From the NCBI RefSeq assembly GCF_000281045.1, contig NW_008246071.1:961353-1025352 (forward strand): 64,000 nucleotides of DNA, given 5' to 3'. Shown here in pieces: positions 24,457 through 34,842 of this stretch (the stretch's first letter is position 1; every line of letters starts with the position of its first letter). This DNA comes from Saprolegnia diclina VS20. Lineage: Eukaryota. The notes beneath the pieces were generated by a model. The model worked only from the letters and a program-made list of their open reading frames with translations. It was not told the origin of the DNA and searched no databases. Made by a program: the position numbers and the translations under genes.

Positions 24457-25073
24457 ACTAGTACATAGCCAACATGTTGTCTTAACGTTAGAAATTGTGT
24501 AAATGTCTGCGAGCTGGTCAGTGTCGGCAAGTGCCTTGGCACAAAGTTGCACTACTCAGAGTACACATCTGATCTTTCCTGGGCTTTCTCACTGTACATG
24601 AAGGGTCCCAGGGAGAGTGTTCAGCAACGCGACGAGCAATGGCAAGACGCGCTACGTGCAGGACGTGCAAGCGTCGATTTCAAATCCGGCTTGGCGGAAT
24701 GCAGACAGCGTATTTCGCGCGGGTGAAGCGCGGTGGGTTGGCGAAATACGATGCCATAAATATGAGCCCTTTGTTGAAAATCACCCAACGACAATAGGTC
24801 TAGACCAACAGAACTCCATACTATCTCCATACTATGCACATTACCAAAAGTCTAGCTTACACAACGAGCAATATCACTTGCATATTTGCATTCTCCTACA
24901 CACATCTCGGACCGTGTCACGGCACGGGGCTCAGACTTCTAACACCCCTTCCCATGCACGGTCGTTGATTCTTGCGCGCGAGTCGTGGACGGAAGTTGTA
25001 GCCGCATTGCTAAGATGCTGGCTACATCTTGTTGCTGGTCTTCGGAGGCGCGACGCCGCCGTCCATCAAACGT

Positions 25074-25398
25074 GTCTCCGTATCGAGATGGATGCCAACG
25101 TGTGTCTTCATGCCGAGTTGCGTGGTAATGTTGCGTCTCGACACGGAGACAACAGGCCGACACTCGTCTCCGGACCGAGATAGATGCGAGCATCGTGTCT
25201 CCGTGTGGAGATGCATGACAATATCTTGTCTCCGTGTCGAGATTGTAGACAACAAGTAGTCTCCGTGTCGAGACTCCTGACAGCACGGAGTCTCCGTGTC
25301 GAGACTAATGACAGCACGGAGTCTCCGTGTCGAGACTAATGACGACACTGCGTCTCCTTGCCGAGACCCAGGACAACAAGTAGTCTCCGTGTCGACGC
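25074..25398. repeat. Palindrome cluster 2: eleven 16-bp units (consensus GTCTCCGTGTCGAGAC) with 14-15-bp variable spacers
   Basis: Units at 25074, 25104 (degenerate), 25135, 25166, 25197, 25228, 25259, 25290, 25321, 25352 and 25383; exact 31-bp period from 25104. Confidence 0.95.
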
Positions 25399-25630
25399 TA
25401 CGTTTGATCACGCGCTAGATCGATCAGATGCACTAATAGATGGCTTGTGCTGACAGTTGGTGTGAAAAGCAATAGTGAATTGCATGCTAACGTTAGCTTA
25501 TGGATCTATGGTGCATGGAAGAAGAGTCGCGGGTTCGTATTGGTCCACAGAAGGTCTCGCCTCCTCTTGGTGGAGGCTCTTCGCGAAAGGACACGGACCC
25601 AGAACTGTCGTTGACACAACGTTGTTATAC

Positions 25631-25763
25631 ATTTCGGTACCGACACTCAACGCGAACAATGTGTCTCCACACGGAGGCGAAAGGTGTCTCCGTACCGAGA
25701 TGTATGCCTACATTGTGTCTCGACACAGAGACAGAGTGTCGACTGTTATCTCCGTACGGAGGT
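25631..25763. repeat. Palindrome cluster 3: five units of the same motif
   Basis: Units at 25631 (degenerate), 25663, 25686, 25717 and 25748 (spacings 32, 23, 31, 31). Confidence 0.85.
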
Positions 25764-27061
25764 GATGTGAACGTTGTTGGCAGGTTCTATTATTGGTCGT
25801 CGCGCGCGTCGCCCATTGTCGGCAGACCGCGTTGATGGATGCCCTCCGATCCTCATAATCGCAACAATTCTATTCGAGTAAACGTTCTCGCTGGAGTGCG
25901 CGGGGCACCCGAAAGCGTGTGAAGGTTTTCTTCCACCTTCGACGCAAACTGCCATGTACATGCAGTTGATGACCAACCCGCTGGCGGCTTGCCTTCGCCG
26001 CCGAGCTACAAGTATTTCGCAAACAAGGAGTACATGTCGTTCATCAGCGGTGTATTGTTGATGATTGATTGAACCGGTGCGACGACGAGTGCGTTGACGC
26101 CGGACACGCGACCGTTGATGCGGAGGCATACTAGTTCCTTGGCCTTTGTTGTAAAGAAAACGGCTCGATTTTTCGCTCGCCGTTGCGGCGTGGCTCCGCG
26201 CAGACGTCCCATGTACTCGTTGGCCATCCTATCGACGCGGGAACCCTCACCAGCCGTTTTCAAAAATGAAGTCGGAAGGCTGTTGGCCATCGTATCCGTA
26301 CAGTCCGTACGCATGCATTTCCGTGGCCAACGTGTGAAATAGGGGCTCCCGCACTCTCTATTTCGATATTCCGTGGCTGACCCAGCTGACCCAATCTTGA
26401 AACTCGATACGCCATAGTCAGGATAAAAGACGTGTCTACTGTATATGGCGATACAGAGCAAGATAAAACGAAATGCTCCACGGGTCGCCCTATAAAAAGA
26501 TGCAGGGAGTCGCGATATGTATGGTGTCGATAACTTCGAGCATGAATCGTGAATCCTCGGTGACAACCATGACGACGCTCTAGATGGAGGTCTGCGGCGG
26601 CTCATATTGGGCGAAACTCGACCAACAAGTTTGGTAGTACATAACAATAGAGCCTGCAAAGTTTTGTCGTAAGGCAAGCCGTGAAAGGCTTCCATTCTCA
26701 TGTTTGTGTGTCCAAGCATGACCATCATTGGACTCTTTGCTGGCTCACGAAGTGCATCTGAATTCGTTTCATGCGTTTCGAAAGACTAATCTATGCAATT
26801 AAAGTGTGCGCATGCAAGAGACTACTTCATGCGCCGTGAAAAAGCTACAGTATTGTATGCCTTGAGCGCCGCTCGGTCTCTGTTCAACAAAAAATCATCA
26901 TCCGGACAATTCGGATACAGGAGTCCTGTGCCATCCGTCGCAGGTTTGTATGGGCGTGACACACCCTCAACTTTTAGACGCTTGCATCGCTTACATATCT
27001 TGGTTGACGTTGTTGTGGATATAAATGTAGTACACTAGTAGATTAGCTCGCTCCACGTCGC

Positions 27062-28588
27062 TTAACGGCGGCTCGAGCCCTTCTTGGCCGTCGGGAAGAC
27101 GAGCGGCACCGAGAGCACCGCGCGCGTCGCCATCGTCTTCTTGTCCTTGACCGCCGAGCTCTTGGCGTACAGCCCCCCCTCGGCCTTGACCGCGTCTGTC
27201 CGACACCCAATCATGCGGGCATATTGGGCCAAGCTACGAAATGTCAAACATCAGGCAAAAATTTGCAGTTGGCGTACTTGGATGGAGCGCGCTTGAGGTC
27301 GGCCGCAATCGCCGTCAAATCCAAGCTGAAGCCGCCGATCGTCAAGGCGACCACGAGCAGGTACAAAAGCAGCTTGTCCTTGAGCATCTTGGACTGCGCA
27401 TAGCTACACCAAACGTCAGTGGTAGTCAACTCATGCAAGTTGAGATACCTCGCCTTGCCATTGGAACCGACAACGGTCTCGGCAAACGTGCTGAGGACCT
27501 GCTCGATGACCACGTGCGGGATGTTGAGCGTCACGCTCAAGTCCGCGGGGGTCGCGTGCATCGGGAAGCGCGCGTGGAAGAATTGCACGAGGTACATGAC
27601 GTAGAGCATGAGCGCCACCTTCTTGCGGTCGAATGGCTTGGGCAGCGTCGTCATGACCTGGCGAATGTAAGCGGCCGCCGGCACTTGGTTCTTGTCCAAA
27701 AACTCGGTGAGCGGACATGTCTCGAGAAGACCGATGAGCTCGTCGGCCTTGAGGTACAGCGATTCCATCACATCAGCGTTCAAAACTACATTGGTCGTTG
27801 AGTCATGTGGGCCATTGAAGAAGAAGAGCGTGCGTACACTTTTCGAGGTCGTAGACCTTGTCGGGCGTGACCGCATCAAGGTTGCACGGCGGCAAGACGG
27901 CCGCACGCGTCGCATCCATGGCCCCCGAATCTGCACATCCCGATCGTCGTCAAGTGTGTTGGAAACATCGTAGGACGTACCCGGCGTGTACTTGGGGTCG
28001 TTGGCGCGCTTGAGCGCGAGCTCTTCGGCAGTCGAGACGGCCTTTTGCGTGAGCGCTTGCGTGATCGCGCTGGCGCCCGTGATGTTGCCAACTTGGACCT
28101 TGTTGTCTTCGCGGCTCTTGACAATGCGCTTGCTGACCTTGGAACCAAAGGCGTTGACGAGCTCGGCCGTGCGCTGCGCATACGACTTGTCGTCTTGCGT
28201 GTTTTCGTCGACGCGCTCGCGAAAGCCGCGGACCGACTGCTGCAACACGTAGAGCTGGTCGACATTGTAGAGCTGGACGCTCTGCGTCGCCTTGTCAAAG
28301 ACGCCGACGACGTAGCTCGAGAGGTCGTTGTTGGCGTTGCCGTGGCCAAAGTTGGCGGCCTGGTACGACACCTTGTCCGCATCGGCGACCACAATCTTGC
28401 GCTTCTTGGCCGCGTTTTCATACATTTGAAAGTGAAAGTCGGACGAAACCTTGGGTGGGCCGCCGCGGAAGGACACTAGCATCATCACATTGGTCGTACA
28501 CTCATGGCAGGAGGAGGCGCGTACCGAGGACGGGCGCCGAGTCGGCCTGCTTGGCATCGAACGAGAGCTCCACCGACCGCTTGGACAT
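27062..28588 (-). CDS. RPA49: RNA polymerase I subunit A49/PAF53
   Basis: YVVGVFDK, LVNAFGSKVSKRIVKSREDNKV, KDKLLLYLLVVALTI...LTAIAADLK and YARMIGC; multi-exon, starting MSKRSVEL. Confidence 0.85.
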
Positions 28589-29029
28589 TACGCTTGGTCG
28601 ACCAGTTACTTGTGCAAATTGAAGCCGTCCGGATGCGCGACGAAAATGACTGGTGGAATCTATTCGGCATCTGATTGGTCCGTGCTGCAATTCAGCAGTT
28701 GTTTGCCGATCTAATATTGGCCACTCTTTTTATACGCATATATCTTGCATATTGTATGTAGAATACGTTTGGTATATTAAAGCCGTGGTCGAGGGGCTGC
28801 GTACACGCTCATCAAGCAAGCCACCGAGGGCGAGCAAAGTGCTTCGTGTATATGGTCCTTCCGCATAACCTTGTACTAGTAGTAGCTGGTAGGTCCCTGC
28901 CATAGCCTGCGCCTTGTCGATTTCGTGGCTGGCTGGCGCAAATGACCCGGCAAATAACTGGTCGGATGCAACGAGCCAATCACAGCGCTCGGTCGCGCTC
29001 TCCCAGAGCATTTCGCAGAAAGGACGACG

Positions 29030-30454
29030 ATGGACGCGCGTGGCAAGAAGGGCAAGAAGGAGGCCAAGCAGCAAGGCGGCGGCAAGGGTGGCAAGGGCGG
29101 CTCGTCCAAGGGCGAGAAGTTCAACAAGCGCCGGGGCGCGCCGCCGGACGAAGCGCAGGGCGAGGAAGAGTCGGACCTTGCGTTCGCCCGCCGGTCGTTC
29201 CCGGTCACGCTGCGCATGTGGGACTTCAACCAGTGCGACGCCAAGCGCTGCACGGGCCGGAAGCTCTGCCGCCTCGGTTACGTCAAGAGCATGAAGCCGG
29301 GCGCGCACTTTCGCGGTATCGTGCTCTCGCCGCACGGTGAGAAGGTCGTGTCCCGCGAAGACCTCTCGATCGTCACCTCGATTGGTATCTCGGTCATTGA
29401 CTGCTCGTGGGCGCGCGTCCAGGAGATGCCCATCAAGCAGATCAAGTCGGGCAGCCACCGCTTGCTGCCGATGCTTGTCGCGGCCAATACCGTTAACTAC
29501 GGCAAGCCCTTCAAGCTCACGTGCGTCGAGGCCATTGCCGCGACGCTCTACATCGTGGGCATGCAGGACGAAGCGATCCAGCTCATGGACGAGTTTCCTT
29601 GGGGCATGGAGTTCCTCAAGCTCAACGCGGAGGCGCTCGACGCCTATGCGGCGTGCGAGACGAGCGAGGAAGTCCAGGTTGCGCAGGTGCCACCATCTCA
29701 TATCTCGCTCTGTAATGTCTCACGGTCTTTGTAGGAAACGTACTTGACCAACTGCCAAGCCGAAGAAGCGGTGCGCAAGACCCGCGTCATGATGCCTGGT
29801 GACGACAACGACGAGGAGGAGGACGAGTACGACAGCGAAGACGAAGAAGAGCGCCAGCGCGAACTCCTTTTTGGCAAGAAGACGCCGGTCGTTGCCGCCA
29901 CGGATCTCATCGACGACGATGACGACGACGACAGCCAAGATGAAGAAGAGCGCCAGCGGGAGCTGCTCTTTGGCAAGAAGGCACCGGTGCTGCCGCGTCT
30001 CAGCAGCGACGAAGGCGAGTCGGCGAGCGACGACGAAGACGCCGAAGAGCGCGAGCGGGCACTGCTCTTTGGCCACAAGAGCCAGTACTCGACGTCGACG
30101 ACCGCCGACACGGACGACGACCAGTTTGTCCAGATGACGTCCGCACTGAACCTTGCGTCGGCGGCGACCTCGATCGACAAGACGCGAGCCGCCCGCCTCG
30201 CCCACAAGGTAGCGACCATACATTTTTTGCATGGCATCGCTCAATTCTCTCAGTAGGCGGCGAAGGCGCAGACGGCGCTCGATGGCAGTGACGACGAGTT
30301 CCCAACCGATGCGATGGCCAACGTTCCTGTCGCGGCGGCGACAGTTGGTCGCGAGCAGGATCTCCGTGCCATTTCCGGGGGTGCGTCGTTGCACTTGTCG
30401 CGCGACGCTGTTGCGCAGTGGCAGCGCGACGTCCAGCCCGCCGACCGCGCGTAG
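29030..30454 (+). CDS. TSR3: 18S rRNA aminocarboxypropyltransferase Tsr3 with acidic repetitive C-terminal extension
   Basis: MWDFNQCDAKRCTGRKL, VIDCSWAR and RLLPMLVAANTVNYGKPFKLTCVEAIAA; two introns. Confidence 0.93.
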
Positions 30455-30608
30455 AGTAATACACGCTTGAGATACGACTGGTCGCTTCTCGCATCGCAGA
30501 CAAAAAATAAGAAATAAGGATCAAGGAATAAGATGGGGCAAGGCGGTGGTGCAGGCTGAAGTTAAATACGGCAAGATGGAGAAGACTATCGATGTACAGT
30601 AATAGCTG

Positions 30609-32769
30609 CTATCGTATCTTCTTGACGCGCGTGGTACTGCGTGTGGCAGCCGCTGGCTTTTTCTGTTTTTGCCACGACATGACCGAAAACTTGGGGCTCA
30701 CCGGCACCGTGAGCTTCTTGCCTTTGCCCTTGGTCTCGGCCTCCGCGGGCAAAATTTCCGTCGCCGACTCGGTGCGCGTCAAGGGTGCGGGCTTCGCACT
30801 CGCTCCCGACGTTGTTGTTGTTGTTGTTGTTGGCTTGGCTTGGTTGGCCCGTTGGGCGCGAATGAGGGATGACGTCGACGCGACACACGGTGCCGCATGC
30901 TTGAGCGCCGACCCGCCGCGGATCGGCGCCGACTTGGGGCGCGCCACAGTTGCCGGCACAACCGGTTTCGCGTCCGCCTCGTCGTCCGATGACGACGACG
31001 AATCACTTGCCGGCCCCAGAGGTTTGGCCGGCACAATCTCTTTGGCTTCGGCGTCTTCGACCTCCTTGTCGCCGTCGTTGTCAGCTTCCTTGCACACGAG
31101 GGTCGTTCGCGTCGGTAGCATCGGTGGCGGTGCCCGGGTCGGGTGCGCGCTGGCCGGACGCGGCTTAGCCGTCATCGTCGACGTTGTCGCAGTCGTGGAC
31201 GTAGTGGCTATGCTGGTGGCGGTCAAGAGAGCATTCGCGTTCGGCTTGGGTCCTGGCGTGACCACTGCACTGCGTATCCTCGAGGCACTGGGCGGACGTG
31301 TCGTCTTTGGCACCTCGGTCATTGTCGGCTCGGCCATCATCGACTTCATCAACTCTGGGCTCTCGAGCGTCACGCGGCCGCGCGACTGCTGGGCGAGGGC
31401 GTGGATCGTGCGAATGCTCGCCGGTGTTTGCGACGATCGGCCGCTAAAGCCTTCGACTTGGGACACAATCAGCTGAACAAGTTCGTTCCGGCCAAGGTTT
31501 TCTTGCTCAAAGGCAAACGAAATGTGCGTCGGGACGGTCACATCCTTGGGGGTGTACCGTCGCTCGATCGCTTGCATATATGGGTGCTTGAGCGCTTCGT
31601 CGACCGAGCACCGGCTCACTGGATCAAAGTGCAACATCCGCTCGAGGAGGTCGATGGCTTCGGGCGTCGCAGATGGAAACACCGTTCGGAACGGCACCTT
31701 GGGCTTCTTCCCGAGCGACTTGATGAAGCGCTGCGCCTGCGCGCTCTTCATTTTCTTGACGTCGCTCGTGCACGGCGTGCCGATCACGTCAAAAATGAGC
31801 GTGAGCTGGTGGATGAAATTTTTGCCCGGAAATATCGCTTTCCGCCCGAGCATCTAAGTTCGCATGTTAGTATCACCGCGTCCTTGTCGCGACTACCTCG
31901 GCAAAGATGCATCCGATCGACCACATGTCGACGCCTGTGCTGTAGTGGCCGTCGGGCTGCAGCATGAGCTCCGGTGCCCGGTACCAGCGCGTGACGACGT
32001 GCTCTGTCATGGGTTGCCAGTCGCCGCTCTCGGACGCCGCGGCACCGTCCACCTTGGTAATGCTCGCCGAGGCAGGCCGACCCTTGCGCTTCTCGCTGCT
32101 CCGCGTACACGTCCGCGCCAAGCCAAAGTCGGCGATCTTGACTTGGCAGCTTTTTGTGACGAGAATGTTGCCGGGTTTGAGGTCGCGGTGCAGGATTCCA
32201 TTGTCGTGCATGTGCTTGACGCCGCGCAGCACTTGGTGGAGAAAGTACCGGTGGTGCGAGTCCGAGAGCGCCTACAATAGAGAAAATAAAGTTAGATCGA
32301 CAAGTAGCGGCGTCACCATGTACCTGGCTGCTCTGGATCACGCGGTGCATGTCCGTGTCCATAAAGTCCATAATGATGTACAGCTCGTCGTCGGCGACGT
32401 TGACGCACATGTCCTTGATGCTAACGATCTACGGCGTCCCTTGAGCAGATGCGATGCGAGGACAGAGAGTACGTACATTCGGGTGGTTGCCAAGGCATTG
32501 CATGAGGCTGATCTCACGTAGCGTGTGCTTGGCGTCGCTCGTCTTGCGAGCCATGGGCGACACGCGCTTGATGGCCACCTTTTCGCCGGTCGCGACGTCC
32601 TTGGCCGAACTAAGACAACAGTCTTATTGGTCAACGAAGCGCATGAGGCGACGAGATACCACACGATGCCATACGAGCCGCGCCCGAGGGCAGCGATAAA
32701 CTGGTAGCGCACGTCGACCTTGAAGAGCGTGCCGTAGACGGTGAACGTTGTATACGCGGGCCCCGCCAT
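30609..32769 (-). CDS. MAP kinase (CMGC) with T-E-H activation loop and long disordered C-tail
   Basis: [50 protein letters not shown] and [10 protein letters not shown]. Confidence 0.92.
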
Positions 32770-33231
32770 TGCGCTGCAACAACACCACAAGAGCGCACCA
32801 CCTCGTCCGCAGAGACGAAACCGTATGCAACTCTATATATATATAAACGTATATTTGTAGCAAAGATATACGCGCCCGACTGCATCGCTCCCCCAAGGTA
32901 TATACCATCGCGCCGACACATGCCGAGTACACTCCTCGTGTACACCGGCTCGTCTTCATTGAGCTGAGTCGACGATGCTGGACGTGCTGCATGTTGCGCG
33001 ATCTACCGGCCATATGGTGACGGGTGACACGTCCGGTAAAAGCACCGTGTCGCGTCGTTTATCCGGTATCACACACCCTAATTGGTGGTCGGAGCCATAG
33101 AGCCAATCACACGGTCGGAGGTTTGATTTTTGGCCAATAAGACGCGACGTCTCGGTGGGTGGTTCGGATCACGGCCCACGCAGGTATACAACGAAAAGGC
33201 AAAGTCATTTTCAAACCGACCAGTAAGAAAA

Positions 33232-34516
33232 ATGGCCCCCGTCAAGCCCGCTGCCAAGGCTGCTGCCCCCAAGACCGCCGCCAAGGCCAAGTCGAACACC
33301 GTGTAAGTGCTTTGCCACATCGGCTGCACCCACGCGTGCGCACCCTTGGGTCGGCCGGACCCTCTTCGATCTCCCGCGGTGCGCAAGCACTCGCTTCATG
33401 AGCCCCTCCCAAGCGCTCTGCGCTTGGGGACTGTGAGACGTAAGGCCTCTTGGCCTTTCTCTTGAAAACCATTGTGGAAGGGCCTGCTTTGCGTCATGCA
33501 AGGGCGGGCCGTGGCGAACGCCGCTACCTTCCATCACTCTCTCGTTGTGCCGAATACGCACCAACGTAGAGGACTGTGGCATGTGTTGCGAATGCAACTC
33601 TGCTAAAATCCACGCTCGGGCACACGCTGTGACGCACTCGCTGCGCGCGGCCTCTGTGGATCCGACGAGGCTTCGGCCCTAGTACCTCGTGGCGCATGCG
33701 TTGGGAACGGTCGCCGCAAGCGAGAGCCCCATACTGACGCCTTGTGTAGGCTCGTCCCGGAGTCGATCCTCAAGAAGCGCCGCACGCTCGAGGCCGTCAA
33801 GACCAAGAAGGCCGAGGCCTCGGTCGCTTCCAAGAAGCACCGTGCCCAGGTCCGCGTGATCGCCTTCAAGTCGGCGGAGAAGTACGTCAAGGAGTACCGC
33901 GCTGTACGTTGCAACATCACTCTCAGTCGAGCGAAAATCTCATGTGGACGTGGTTTAGATTGAGAAGCAGAACGTCCTCCTCCGCCGCCAGGCCAAGGCC
34001 GCCGGCAACTTCTACGTCCCGGCCGAGGCCAAGGTCGCCTTCGTGATCCGCATCCGCGGTATCATTGGCGTCTCGCCCAAGGTCCGCAAGATCCTGAAGC
34101 TCTTCCGCCTCGTCCAGATCCAGAACGGTGTGTTCGTGAAGCTCAACAAGGCCACGATCAACATGCTCCGCCTTGTCGAGCCCTTCATCGCCTACGGTTA
34201 CCCCAACCTCAAGTCGACGCGCGAGCTCATCTACAAGCGTGGCTTCGGCAAGATCAACAAGCAGCGCATTGCCCTTACGGACAACGCCCTCGTTGAGAAG
34301 GTCCTCGGCAAGTTCGGCATCATCTGTATCGAAGACTTGATCCACGAGATCTTCACGTGCGGCCCGCACTTCAAGGAGGCCTCCAACTTCCTCTGGCCGT
34401 TCCAGCTCTCGTCGCCCAACGGCGGCTACACGCAGAAGCTCCTCCACTACAACGAAGGCGGCGACCACGGTAACCGCGGCGAGGAGATCAACAAGTTCAT
34501 CAAGCAGTGCTTGTAA
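33232..34516 (+). CDS. RPL7: 60S ribosomal protein L7 (uL30), 3 exons
   Basis: [50 protein letters not shown] and GNRGEEIN; intron 1 = 33303-33749. Confidence 0.97.
33303..33749 (+). ncRNA. Candidate structured RNA element in RPL7 intron 1 (unidentified)
   Basis: 447-nt intron against ~45 nt elsewhere, with about ten stem-loops including GCAA and UUCG tetraloops. Confidence 0.5.
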
Positions 34517-34588
34517 ACTCTCCACTTCGCTTCTGGTCATCCTATCGGTTTGAAATTAACAATGACTCCTCTTGGCGCCATTCTTTGT

Positions 34589-34631
34589 ACTGTCTTATTG
34601 CTTGTTAAACTGTCTTATTGCTTGTTAAACT
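34589..34631. repeat. 20-bp tandem duplication downstream of RPL7
   Basis: actgtcttattgcttgttaa x2. Confidence 0.9.
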
Positions 34632-34842
34632 CAGAAACAACATTGACGAGTAGCATAAAGCCGAGTTTTAGCAGTGGATGGTAGACTGCCCGAGACCTGC
34701 ATGAACTCGCAACAACCGTCTAAGTCAAACTGAGAACTTCAAAGTGTAGTATCAAGCGGCCACTTGATACGACTTGCACACTTCAACTACTGTAGATTGT
34801 AACTGGTGGGGTGGCCAAGTCGTATCTTGTTGGCAGCTCCGT

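Noticed and set aside
24441..24465. Helitron 3' end (hairpin + CTAG)
   Set aside because: CTAG lies only 1 nt after the palindrome rather than ~10 nt, and no Rep/helicase remnant was recognised.
25074..25398. Calling the array a true CRISPR
   Set aside because: Eukaryotic context with no cas genes; repeats (16 bp) and spacers (15 bp) are too short, several spacers are related, and some units are flipped.
30811..30832. (GTT)n microsatellite
   Set aside because: It simply encodes a poly-Thr run in the MAPK tail.
33460..33475. U17/snR30, TPP riboswitch, SRP or telomerase identity for the RPL7 intron
   Set aside because: AAACCAU (snR30 m2-like) is present but the m1 AUAUUCCUA partner is not. 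No TPP core, SRP helix-8 motif or CCCUAAA template was found by eye.
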